From: a virus
Taxonomy: Duplodnaviria > Heunggongvirae > Uroviricota > Caudoviricetes
Length of the DNA: 64,000 nt
Direction: 5' to 3' (one strand)
Virus record (IMG/VR): IMGVR_UViG_3300024270_000011
Both the position numbers and the translations under genes were made by a program. The notes under the pieces were generated by a model. The model did not search any database, had not been told where the DNA came from, and saw nothing but the letters and a program-made list of their open reading frames with translations. Below are positions 44,081 through 52,617 of the stretch, piece after piece (the first letter of the stretch is position 1; every line of letters begins with the position of its first letter).

Positions 44081-44149
44081 TAAATGGTTTTTGGAAGAGA
44101 ACCTTAACTCTAAGAGTTTCATTTGGACTTGTACTCATAACTATGTCAT

Positions 44150-44228
44150 TGGTCGGAGTGGCGGGATTCGAACTCGCGACCTCCTGATCCCAAATCAGGC
44201 GCTCTAACCAAACTGAGCCACACCCCGA
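44150..44228 (-). tRNA. tRNA-Pro(TGG)
   Basis: Acceptor TCGGGGT, anticodon loop TTTGGGA. Confidence 0.8.
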
Positions 44229-44330
44229 TATTAACAAGGCGGTTTTGTAAACAAACTTAAGTTTTATATAGGGCATAAAAATTTAATTTCTGTTATCAAA
44301 TAGGATTGCAGAATCCGCCTTTATTTATTT

Positions 44331-44489
44331 TTAATTTTTAGTTTTACTCTTGTCGAACTGCGCCCAAAATCTTTCGATGGCTAACTTATTGATTTCATCG
44401 TGGTGCTTACATAGGGTTCCACCGTAGTAGGTGTTGTTGCACACATTATTGTTTTCGCATTCTCGACAATTCTGAGGAATATTTGCCAT
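44331..44489 (-). CDS. hypothetical small Cys-rich protein (below the 60-aa ORF-track cutoff)
   Basis: 52-aa minus-strand ORF MANIPQNCRECENNNVCNN... directly downstream of promoter 44522-44550. Confidence 0.3.
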   Translation of the reverse strand: MANIPQNCRECENNNVCNNTYYGGTLCKHHDEINKLAIERFWAQFDKSKTKN

Positions 44490-44521
44490 ATCTTTTCTTC
44501 CTCTCTTTATCTTACATATAT

Positions 44522-44550
44522 ATTATAACATTTTTTTTGAAAAATGTCAA
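44522..44550 (-). promoter_or_regulatory. SigA-type promoter module with perfect TTGACA -35
   Basis: TTGACA-N17-TGTTATAAT. Confidence 0.65.
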
Positions 44551-44561
44551 GTTTCTCTTTT

Positions 44562-44638
44562 TGGTGGGCCCTCGGGGATTCGAACCCGGGACCGTCCAGT
44601 TATGAGCTGGATGCTCTGACCGACTGAGCTAAGGGCCC
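44562..44638 (-). tRNA. tRNA-Met(CAT) (or Ile2/lysidine type)
   Basis: Acceptor GGGCCCT, anticodon loop CTCATAA, elongator-type D-stem. Confidence 0.75.
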
Positions 44639-44665
44639 ATATCGGCGGGGCGGTTGCCCCACCTT

Positions 44666-45778
44666 TTATACTGCGTAATGCAGGTTTTTAGTACCCTTGC
44701 GACGTATCACGATGTAATCCACAGTGCGCTGCTTGCGCAGTGCCAGAGCCTTCTGCTCTTCTGGCTCATCGTAATAGTCATCCTGCCAGTCAACTTCACA
44801 CTCTCCGCCAGGGATAATAGTGCCACCCTTATCATAATTGTACACAGAGTTCTGAGGATTAAAGGTGACATAGAAGTCAAATCCCTTTTCATCAGTGAAC
44901 TCAACATGAACATCATCGTCTGCGAACATATCCATGTAAATCTCACGACGACACTTACCGCCGTCCGCAAACATAAGAGTTGCAACATAACTCTCACGAG
45001 AGAGGTTGAGGATATTCAAATCCTTAATTGCTTCCTCGAAGCAAGTACCAAGAGAGAGTTCGAAAGCAATCGCGCGCAGACAGTCATAGTTCAAATCAAT
45101 CTTTCTTGCGAAAGCGATTACCTTGTCAATCTGTGCATATGCGGTTTCTGGAATCTTGTCTTCCAGATACTCACGAATCTGCTCTGCGGAAGGATAATCA
45201 AATCTAAAATGATAATGGAAACGACCAGGGCGATTAACCAAATAGTTATTGAGGTTATTCAATTCGTTACAAGTAACGATGAACAACTTCTTACCCTGAC
45301 TCAAACCATCGAATAAAGTCAGCATTTCGGACTGAGGGTCGCTCATAGAGTCTCTATCGCCCTTAGAATAAAAAGTCTTATCAAACTCGTCAAAGAAGAC
45401 GATTACTTCCTGCTGAATAGAAGTTAAGTAGTCTGCAATGCCTGGGATATACTGATTAACAATAATCAGAGGATAGCCTGCCGCAATTCCCTCAACAGAG
45501 AGCATTTTGCCGAACAGAGATTTACCGATACCCTTGGCGCCAGACAGAATTACACCCAGATTTCGGTCGAAAATCTCAAAAGACTTGAGAACCTTATGCA
45601 CCTTATCGGTATGCACACCATAGACCTTTTCTGTAATTGCAATATCATCGTAGCCAGTCAAGAAGAAACCGGACTGCTGACTAAAATTAACCTGATAAGC
45701 CCTTGCAGGTAGCTCATTATAGGTTTTCATTGTATCGTCATAGATACGAAATACATTACCAGTATTTACTACTCGCAT
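44666..45778 (-). CDS. AAA+ ATPase
   Basis: 370 aa. Walker A GAKGIGKS, Walker B FFDEFD, sensor RPGRF. Plus ORF 44654-45316 is its shadow. Confidence 0.7.
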   Translation of the reverse strand: MRVVNTGNVFRIYDDTMKTYNELPARAYQVNFSQQSGFFLTGYDDIAITEKVYGVHTDKVHKVLKSFEIFDRNLGVILSGAKGIGKSLFGKMLSVEGIAAGYPLIIVNQYIPGIADYLTSIQQEVIVFFDEFDKTFYSKGDRDSMSDPQSEMLTLFDGLSQGKKLFIVTCNELNNLNNYLVNRPGRFHYHFRFDYPSAEQIREYLEDKIPETAYAQIDKVIAFARKIDLNYDCLRAIAFELSLGTCFEEAIKDLNILNLSRESYVATLMFADGGKCRREIYMDMFADDDVHVEFTDEKGFDFYVTFNPQNSVYNYDKGGTIIPGGECEVDWQDDYYDEPEEQKALALRKQRTVDYIVIRRKGTKNLHYAV

Positions 45779-45820
45779 AACTTACCTCTTACTTTCTTAA
45801 TCATAATTATTTTCTACTAC

Positions 45821-45897
<77 letters not shown>

Positions 45898-46032
45898 ATA
45901 TAAATAGCGTCTTTCCTCAACCACATTCTCACTCTTGGAAAATCAAACCCCGCTAAAGGTCGACTCAAATGGGCCGTAGATATTTAGCTGTGGATTGCAT
46001 CAATCTAAAGACATTACCCCATCTGAAACGCT

Positions 46033-46109
46033 TGGCATCCCAGCAGGGACTCGAACCCCGGACACATGGCTTAGAAGGCCATTGCTCTATCCAACTGAGC
46101 TACTGGGAC
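46033..46109 (-). tRNA. tRNA-Arg(TCT)
   Basis: Acceptor GTCCCAG, anticodon loop CTTCTAA. Confidence 0.8.
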
Positions 46110-46140
46110 ATATATTATTTTGCCCACCGGTTAAGAGAGA

Positions 46141-46371
46141 TTAGGCAGCTACGCCCATCTTCTTAACCAGTCGCATGAAATAGTTCGGATTTAAATCATC
46201 GGGAGCCACGAGTAATGCATCTTTACCAACGAAGGCAAACAGACCAAGAATACTGCGTGGGTCAATCATAGCGTTGCCGCAAGAAACAGACATATCAATG
46301 CCAGCATTTGCTGCTACTTCACTAACACGAACTACATCTTCCTTTGTGTTCATCTTAATAGGACAAATCAT
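46141..46371 (-). CDS. hypothetical protein with HPr-like C-terminal segment
   Basis: 76 aa. RSILGLFAFVGKDALLVA resembles the HPr KSIMGVMSLG region. Confidence 0.3.
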   Translation of the reverse strand: MICPIKMNTKEDVVRVSEVAANAGIDMSVSCGNAMIDPRSILGLFAFVGKDALLVAPDDLNPNYFMRLVKKMGVAA

Positions 46372-46471
46372 CTTTCTGACCCCCTTTGTTATTTAGTTTA
46401 GGTTGGACAGGTTCCGTACTGTCCCTCGGTTTTAAACTCCGAACGCTGAAGCTATATTAAACCTTCAGTAC

Positions 46472-46547
46472 TGGTCCGCCGTCAGGGGCTCGAACCCTGG
46501 ACACCCGGATTAAGAGTCCGGTGCTCTACCAACTGAGCTAACGGCGG
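46472..46547 (-). tRNA. tRNA-Lys(CTT)
   Basis: Acceptor CCGCCGT, anticodon loop CTCTTAA. Confidence 0.8.
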
Positions 46548-46668
46548 ATATATCAAGGCCTCAAGGTCATGACTCTCAAGACCAAGACACTTTTGCAAAA
46601 CTTCGGCTTCGTTAACAAGCCTCAGACGCCTGCGAAGGGAGTCGAACCCATTCAAGCCACTACAGGCG

Positions 46669-46743
46669 TGGAGCTGATAGCGAGAATCGAACTCGCGACC
46701 CCTTCCTTACCAAGGAAGTGCTCTACCGCTGAGCCATATCAGC
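46669..46743 (-). tRNA. tRNA-Thr(GGT)
   Basis: Acceptor GCTGATA, anticodon loop TTGGTAA. Confidence 0.8.
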
Positions 46744-46751
46744 AAAGATTG

Positions 46752-47123
46752 TTATAGGACACAATCTCTCCAAATTCGGTCATACCAATTTGGTTCTTGC
46801 TTTTCTAAATCTGAAAACAAAAATGGAATTTCTTCAAGTTGGACTACACCAGTCCAGTCATAGAAGTTCTCACCATCGCCGCACACGAAGTGCCCGTCGA
46901 TTGGCAAGTAGTACAACTCCAAAAATGGAAATCTCGTTTGTAGTATGCGAGCAAACCAATAGCAGTTGCCATCTAACCAATTTGCGTCCTTGCGCCAGCG
47001 TCGATGGATGAAATCAAGAATCTCATACATACAACAAACTGTCCTTTCTTTTGGTTTTCTGCGAGATGCGCCGGATGAGCTTCCCAGGCGTCCGGGTTTC
47101 CTACTCTGGCATATGACCTCCAT
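46752..47123 (-). CDS. hypothetical protein (true start may be internal)
   Basis: 123-aa ORF. N-terminal third is low complexity. Confidence 0.3.
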   Translation of the reverse strand: MEVICQSRKPGRLGSSSGASRRKPKERTVCCMYEILDFIHRRWRKDANWLDGNCYWFARILQTRFPFLELYYLPIDGHFVCGDGENFYDWTGVVQLEEIPFLFSDLEKQEPNWYDRIWRDCVL

Positions 47124-47183
47124 TTTGGCGTGATACCTTTACCTACACTACACATCTCTAACAAACTTGTACTTCGTTTGTTT

Positions 47184-47274
47184 TGGCGGAGAGGGTGGGG
47201 TTCGAACCCACGCGCCGCTACTAACGACCTACTCCCTTTCCAGGGGAGCCCCTTAACCACTTGGGTACCTCTCC
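47184..47274 (-). tRNA. tRNA-Ser(GGA)
   Basis: Class II. Acceptor GGAGAGG, anticodon loop CTGGAAA. Confidence 0.8.
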
Positions 47275-47372
47275 AGATAAGCAAGACACTTAACCAAAAG
47301 CACTTTTAATTCCCTAAATTAACGCTTAATTGTTATCATTATAGCAATGATAAAGTTGCTGTATGTGTCTTA

Positions 47373-47466
47373 TGGCGGAGGCGGTGAGGCTCGAACTCAC
47401 GCGCCGGGTATTAGCCGACCTAACAGTTTAGCAAACTGTCCCCTTCACCAACTTGGGTACGCCTCC
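47373..47466 (-). tRNA. tRNA-Ser(GCT)
   Basis: Class II. Acceptor GGAGGCG, anticodon loop TGCTAAA. Confidence 0.8.
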
Positions 47467-47721
47467 ATAAAATATATGAAAAAACGACGAGTAAAAAAGC
47501 AAGCCAATTGACGGTCTCAACAAGCCAGATGTAAAAAACTCTCGCCGCGATGATAGTTTTTTGTTTCTATATAGGACAATATATAGAAAGAGTGGCAGCC
47601 CGCAGCCTATACGCCGAACAAGAAACAAAAGGAATTTTTACTACAAAATGTTGTTTTTAACCAGAAAAGGAGTTGAATCGTATAGGTTCCTCTGTTGCGG
47701 TCCTTTAACTATATCGAGTTG

Positions 47722-47797
47722 TGGTGGCTGGGGTCAGGGTCGAACTGACTACACTGGGATTTTCAGTCCCATGCTCTACCAGTTGAGCTACCCAGCC
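47722..47797 (-). tRNA. tRNA-Phe(GAA)
   Basis: Acceptor GGCTGGG, anticodon loop CTGAAAA. Confidence 0.8.
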
Positions 47798-47815
47798 ATA
47801 TACAAGGCACAAATG

Positions 47816-47888
47816 AAATATTTGTTGGATTTGAACCAACTACAGATTGTTTAACAGACAATTACTCTACCAATTGAGTTAAAATATT
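47816..47888 (-). tRNA. tRNA-Asn(GTT), AT-rich, CCA not encoded
   Basis: Acceptor AATATTT/AAATATT, anticodon loop CTGTTAA. Confidence 0.7.
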
Positions 47889-47930
47889 TTCAAAAGAAAA
47901 AGATTGCTGTGTGTGCCTTTATTGGTTTTA

Positions 47931-48164
47931 TTACATTTGAACTTTTTGGACAAGAGGCTTCTTTGATACTTCGCCGCATCCTGTTCCTTGATAGGAAGTT
48001 GCAACTGTATACAGCCTCTCCGGTTTCACATTTCCAAACCTGTGGAGAATGTGAGCGCCCTGGCGCATATGCGAAGTCTTATTTTCAACTTGAAACTTCG
48101 CCCATTGAATGATTTCCGAACCAGTGAACTCGGTTCCGGGTTGATAACTTAGAATATTTCGCAT
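47931..48164 (-). CDS. hypothetical protein
   Basis: 77-aa ORF. Confidence 0.35.
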   Translation of the reverse strand: MRNILSYQPGTEFTGSEIIQWAKFQVENKTSHMRQGAHILHRFGNVKPERLYTVATSYQGTGCGEVSKKPLVQKVQM

Positions 48165-48189
48165 AGTAAACCTCCTATCATCATTTTTG

Positions 48190-48266
48190 TGGTAGCGGGA
48201 GAAGGATTTGAACCTCCGACCTCTTGGTTATGAGCCAAGTGAGCTGCCGAACTGCTCTATCCCGCG
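48190..48266 (-). tRNA. tRNA-Met(CAT), candidate initiator
   Basis: C1xU72 unpaired end with A73 and an A11:U24 D-stem pair. Anticodon loop CTCATAA. Confidence 0.65.
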
Positions 48267-48342
48267 TGGATGCGGGGGGTGGACTCGAACCACCGACCTT
48301 CAGCTTATGAGGCTGACGAGCTACCACCTGCTCTACCCCGCA
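48267..48342 (-). tRNA. tRNA(CAT), fourth CAT-anticodon tRNA (Met or Ile2)
   Basis: Acceptor TGCGGGG/CCCCGCA, anticodon loop CTCATAA. Zero-nt spacers to both neighbours. Confidence 0.7.
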
Positions 48343-48418
48343 TGGTGACCCCAAGGAGAATCGAACTCCTGCCTTCGCCGTGAAAGGGCGACGTCTTAAA
48401 CCGCTTGACTATGGGGCC
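48343..48418 (-). tRNA. tRNA-Glu(TTC)
   Basis: Acceptor GGCCCCA, anticodon loop CTTTCAC. Confidence 0.8.
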
Positions 48419-48550
48419 AGATATCAAGACCTGTTGCCGCAGGTCTTGTCATTCTATCGTGGCATTTTGGCATTATTGTCGGCAAACAATCGTGACCTCT
48501 CAACCACCTATTGGCTTCTTCATCATTCCACCAGGCCGGCACTCCTGCCA

Positions 48551-48640
48551 GAGAAGGAATCGAACCCTCTAACAACTTCTGTCATAGAACTACCCAACAC
48601 TCGTACTCTTGGGTCGGAGCGTACTCACTTGTACATTTAA
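48551..48640 (-). ncRNA. tRNA-like element with T-arm but unresolved acceptor
   Basis: AGAGGGTTCGATTCCTTC T-arm. No 5' strand found to pair with the 3' strand. Confidence 0.25.
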
Positions 48641-48676
48641 TCTTCATCTATAAATCGGGCTGAGTAATAACCCTAT

Positions 48677-48751
48677 GGTGACCCGTGAGGGAATCGAACC
48701 CTCGTCTCCGGCGTGAGAGGCCGGTGTCTTGACCGCTTGACTAACGGGCCA
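48677..48751 (-). tRNA. tRNA-Glu(CTC)
   Basis: Acceptor GGCCCGT, anticodon loop CTCTCAC. Confidence 0.8.
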
Positions 48752-48897
48752 TATGATTAGACTTCCTTGGCGAGTTCTTCTTGAACCTCAAGCCAAGCCT
48801 CATACATAGCTTCATTGTAAACTTCTTCACATTGAATTTGAGTTGTAAAATCATCAAATGGCATATGTATTATTTCCTTTCTTTATCTTATATAAAT

Positions 48898-48926
48898 ATT
48901 ATAACATATTTTTTTTGAAAAATCAA
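48898..48926 (-). promoter_or_regulatory. SigA-type promoter module
   Basis: TTGATT-N17-TGTTATAAT. Confidence 0.65.
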
Positions 48927-49014
48927 TTAAGAAGAAAGGAACCAGTTTTTTATCTCTTGTTCATATAGAAAGGAGAACTGGCGAAACCCATGTGTTCATA
49001 GATGGCGTAAAGCC

Positions 49015-49099
49015 TGGTATCCACGGTGGGACTTGAACCCACACGCCTTTCGGCACAGCATTCTGAGTGCTGCATGTCTGCCTATTCCATCACGAGGAC
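49015..49099 (-). tRNA. tRNA-Leu(CAG)
   Basis: Class II. Anticodon loop CTCAGAA. Acceptor has one U-U mismatch. Confidence 0.7.
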
Positions 49100-49184
49100 T
49101 GGTGCCCAAAGCGGGACTTGAACCCGCACGCCCCGAGGACACTTGATTTTGAGTCAAGCGCGTCTGCCATTCCGCCATTCGGGC
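49100..49184 (-). tRNA. tRNA-Leu(CAA)
   Basis: Class II. Acceptor GCCCGAA, anticodon loop CTCAAAA. Confidence 0.8.
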
Positions 49185-49261
49185 AAATAAGTGCCGGTTT
49201 ATGTTTCTTGGCACCGGCTGCCGCAGATGTAGGTCACATCACCCAATTATTAAGCTGCGAG

Positions 49262-49337
49262 TGGTGGAGGATACGGGACTCGAACCCGTCACCTTCTGCT
49301 TGCAAGGCAGATGCTCTCCCAGATGAGCTAATCCCCC
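49262..49337 (-). tRNA. tRNA-Ala(TGC)
   Basis: G3:U70 identity pair. Anticodon loop CTTGCAA. Confidence 0.8.
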
Positions 49338-49442
49338 ATATTGTAGCGTGGCGGAGGTCTATTGCCGCTACTTTTTGTCTGCTCTTCCGCCGACTATTTT
49401 GATGGCACTTTGGGTCCATCTTACTCCTTCGTCAAGGGAGAG

Positions 49443-49517
49443 TGGCAGCTCCGAGGGGAATTGAACCCCCGTCTCCAGCGTGACAGGCTGGCATCCTAAC
49501 CATTGAACGACGAAGCT
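49443..49517 (-). tRNA. tRNA-Asp(GTC)
   Basis: Acceptor AGCTTCG, anticodon loop CTGTCAC. Confidence 0.75.
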
Positions 49518-49685
49518 ATATAAGTGATGTTGGACAGCTACCCTTGTAGACTAATCAAAGCCAAGGCACACATCGAGTACCTGCAACAGTTTATCACCAA
49601 AAAACCGTTGCCAAACAAAGCGATTCTCTCGTCTCCTCTTCCACGCCCGAGTTTTCCGCTACGAGGTATCGGGAACATACCTTAA

Positions 49686-49762
49686 TGGCGACTTCGATGG
49701 GATTCGAACCCACGACCTCCGCCGTGACAGGGCGGCGTTCTAACCATCTGAACTACGAAGCC
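49686..49762 (-). tRNA. tRNA-Asp(GTC), second copy
   Basis: Acceptor GGCTTCG, anticodon loop CTGTCAC. Confidence 0.8.
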
Positions 49763-50114
49763 AAATTACACAGGATATTTGACACAGGAATGTGTACTAC
49801 TCTCACGCTTCGACACTGTTAGTTGGTCGACGGAGCCACACCTGACTTTTCCACGCACTCATACAACAATCTCTGTATCAGTACCCTGTGGAACCTCGAA
49901 CTATGCAGTCATTATTAGGACAACTGGTGTCCTAACTGTAATGGGTAACATAGGTCATTGATAGTGACCGTAACAACCACATTAGCCGATTATATCTTTA
50001 TTATTTCCCATTTATCTCAATAATCCCCAGAGGCTATCAAACTCTCTCGTGTAACGCTCCAAGCAGGGGTATTGCGAGTAATTTTCTTCCCCCAGCCACC
50101 ACGCTGGGCATTCT

Positions 50115-50199
50115 GGTGCGGATGGCGGGACTCGAACCCGCACGCCATCGCTGGCACCAGCCCCTCAAGCTGGCGTGTCTGCCATTCCACCACATCCGC
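50115..50199 (-). tRNA. tRNA-Leu(GAG)
   Basis: Class II. Acceptor GCGGATG, anticodon loop TTGAGGG. Confidence 0.8.
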
Positions 50200-50465
50200 A
50201 TAGGAATGCAACTTATTTATGTCCTGATGGAGTTGCCAACCACCCGTGACTTATACGGAGTCACCAACCGCCAACTTTCGTATGAACACGCCACTTACTT
50301 CGCTTCCTTATATTTAGTCAGCCGTTTTCCGCTTATGCTCCATATCGGTTTCTTCTACTTAGGGGAGATGCACACCCTACGATTTTCATCGCACCAACCT
50401 CTGGTTTTACTCAGTAGTTCCCACCGCCGGGAGTAGTTTAGTGGTAATCCGTGTTAACGGCTCAT

Positions 50466-50550
50466 TGGTGGGCATATAGGGAGTCGAACCCTAACACCCG
50501 AAAGTATCGGAACCTAAATCCGACGCGTCTGCCAATTTCGCCATACGCCC
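50466..50550 (-). tRNA. tRNA-Leu(TAG)
   Basis: Class II. Acceptor GGGCGTA, anticodon loop TTTAGGT. Confidence 0.8.
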
Positions 50551-50927
50551 ATATAATCTCATTTCCGCCGTAGCGAGGCAGAGTCACCCAAGTCGACTTT
50601 GGATTAGTTTTGTTCTCTCGTGACAGGTTACAATCCATTCCAACGGCATTCCCAGTATTCTTTTTGTGCTTTTGGCTCTTAGCACGGGTGAAGTTGGGTG
50701 TGCGGTACCATCTCCCAAACCCCTATTCTTTTTGTCAATAGGGAACATCCATTTCCTTTATTTCAGTACTAATGGCAAGACCTGTTTCGCATACACATAT
50801 CAACTGCTGTGATATGAGAAGGAAATTATGTGCCGCGGCTTATATTTACGAGAAACTCACGGCTAAAACCTCGTATGGCTTTCAACTTTTTATTCATCGA
50901 GAAGCGAACCATAAGAAACAAACTCTC

Positions 50928-51003
50928 TGGCTGCCCCGGTGGGGCTCGAACCCACGACAGCGCGGTTAACAGCCGCGTGCTCTACCGACTGAGCTACAGG
51001 GCA
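50928..51003 (-). tRNA. tRNA-Asn(GTT), second copy
   Basis: Acceptor TGCCCTG/CGGGGCA, anticodon loop CTGTTAA. Confidence 0.75.
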
Positions 51004-51100
51004 ATATCTGTTGCTGATATTCTACGCTGTTTTAGGACAACGCTGAAATCACAGCTTGAAGGCACAACCTGTAAGATTTCTTTCTTTATCTTACATATAT

Positions 51101-51129
51101 ATTATAACATATTTTTTTGAAAAAATCAA
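51101..51129 (-). promoter_or_regulatory. SigA-type promoter module
   Basis: TTGATT-N17-TGTTATAAT. Confidence 0.65.
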
Positions 51130-51332
51130 TTAAGATTTTTCGTTTAGAACAAGACAACATGGAAGTTTCAAGTATTCAGTAAAAATGTTTCCTCAAAAGT
51201 TGCTGAAGTCGTCTTTAATGCTCATTAAATAATCTCAATGGTTTCCTATTTTCTCTCGAATCTCCGAAACTCCTTGCATCACATCAATAGTCTTCGTGGA
51301 ATTTCCATATCCTTTATTTAACTTACATATAT

Positions 51333-51361
51333 ATTATAACATATTTTTTTTGAAAAATCAA
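51333..51361 (-). promoter_or_regulatory. SigA-type promoter module
   Basis: TTGATT-N17-TGTTATAAT. Confidence 0.65.
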
Positions 51362-51429
51362 GAAAGATTTTTTATTTTCAACATCTTGGAAAGGTCTTGT
51401 AAAAATCTCTTTCTTAACTTTCTATAAAT

Positions 51430-51458
51430 ATTATAACATATTTTTTAAGAAAAATCAA
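51430..51458 (-). promoter_or_regulatory. SigA-type promoter module
   Basis: TTGATT-N17-TGTTATAAT. Confidence 0.65.
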
Positions 51459-51564
51459 AAAAGTTTTTTCAGCCTCCCTAACAGGAACCTTGGTTTGGAG
51501 GCCACCTACTTCTATGGTTCCTTCAGCAATTCCGGCGATAAAAAACAAGACCGCTTTTTCGATT

Positions 51565-51650
51565 TAACGGCGCTCTCCCAGCTGAGCTATCCCCCTATGT
51601 TGGCAGGGGGAGAAGGGCTCGAACCTCCGACTTCCGGCTTGGCAGGCAAT
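51565..51650 (-). ncRNA. permuted or split tRNA-like locus: T-arm + 3' acceptor + CCA (51601-51650) immediately followed by matching 5' acceptor + D-arm (51565-51597)
   Basis: Minus-strand order is ...GGAGGTTCGAGCCCTTC-TCCCCCT-G-CCA-acat-AGGGGGA-TA-GCTCAGCTGGGAGAGC... The 5' strand AGGGGGA is the exact complement of the 3' strand TCCCCCT. Confidence 0.4.
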
Positions 51651-51739
51651 CATTTGAAAATTGCAGTAACGGTCTTTTATTTAGGTATTATCATTTGAAA
51701 ACTGTCAAGTAGGTTTTATCCCACTCTGTCCACAGTTTT

Positions 51740-51856
51740 TCAAAAATTTTCACTTGCTTGATGCATATGAACCGCGATGATTCCCAGAATTGCACCAACT
51801 CCGGCGATACACAGAGCGGCCATCGCGCAGCCACCCAAAATGAAAAGTAACTTCAT
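51740..51856 (-). CDS. hypothetical 38-aa hydrophobic peptide (below the 60-aa ORF-track cutoff)
   Basis: Minus-strand ORF MKLLFILGGCAMAALCIAGVGAILGIIAVHMHQASENF. Its ATG overlaps the TGA of the upstream gene (ATGA). Confidence 0.3.
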   Translation of the reverse strand: MKLLFILGGCAMAALCIAGVGAILGIIAVHMHQASENF

Positions 51857-52206
51857 CTGATTTCCTCGTAGCCATAGTGGCTCAAAGTCTCTCTGATATT
51901 CTGAGCTCCTACTGGGTTCATAGAATGGACTCTAAACCTAATGTTCGGATAACCAGAGGCGACAATCCATTTAGCGATATCGTAACCATTCTTCTTGCAA
52001 CCAAGGTCATGGTCGAAGTCGACAATCAGCTTAGTTCCATGCTCGATATAGAAACGGAGTTTCTCAATAGCATCTTTGTAAGTCTTGCAATGAACAAACG
52101 CCATTCCATCAGGAACATTGGAGTAGTCATATCTCGTGTCATCAATGTAGATATAGCACTTACCAAGAGAACTCATTGATAATTTCTCCTTTCCTATATA
52201 ATACAT
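51853..52206 (-). CDS. hypothetical protein
   Basis: 117-aa ORF. IYIDDTR...VDFDHDLG motif cluster of unknown family. Confidence 0.45.
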   Translation of the reverse strand: MYYIGKEKLSMSSLGKCYIYIDDTRYDYSNVPDGMAFVHCKTYKDAIEKLRFYIEHGTKLIVDFDHDLGCKKNGYDIAKWIVASGYPNIRFRVHSMNPVGAQNIRETLSHYGYEEIR

Positions 52207-52394
52207 ATATCAGACAAAGAAAGTTAGGTGGTCGTGACACCTATTCATACCCTCGGACCTGTTTACTCACCAGTTGCGCTGGGCACTACTACCGTCAACC
52301 CTCTTACGAGAGGAACTCACAGTGAATACGATGGCCGGACTCGCGTCTTTCCTTTACGACTAAGATTAAAGGGCTTTCTTTATCTTACATATAT

Positions 52395-52423
52395 ATTATA
52401 ACATATTTTTTATAAAAAATCAA
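52395..52423 (-). promoter_or_regulatory. SigA-type promoter module
   Basis: TTGATT-N17-TGTTATAAT. Confidence 0.65.
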
Positions 52424-52452
52424 AAAGAATTTTTATTTCCAAGGCACCTCTG

Positions 52453-52524
52453 AATCGCAATGGGGAATCGAACCCCAACTTTCACCGTGGAAGGGTAATG
52501 TCTTAACCGTTTGACTATTGCATT
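52453..52524 (-). tRNA. tRNA-Gly(TCC)-like, imperfect acceptor, no CCA
   Basis: T-arm TGGGGTTCGATTCCCCA, anticodon loop CTTCCAC. Acceptor AATGCAA/TTGCGAT with one A-A mismatch. Confidence 0.5.
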
Positions 52525-52582
52525 AGCTTTTTAAGCATTTTGCTGTATGTGCCTTATATTCTTTTATCATCTTTACATATAT

Positions 52583-52611
52583 ATTATAACATTATTTTTT
52601 ATAAAAATCAA
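52583..52611 (-). promoter_or_regulatory. SigA-type promoter module
   Basis: TTGATT-N17-TGTTATAAT. Confidence 0.65.
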
Positions 52612-52617
52612 TTAAGA

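Noticed and set aside
47428-47628. 66-aa minus-strand ORF in the 250-bp spacer between tRNA-Ser and tRNA-Phe
   Set aside because: No promoter module or RBS. Poly-Phe/Leu low-complexity translation. More likely noncoding spacer.
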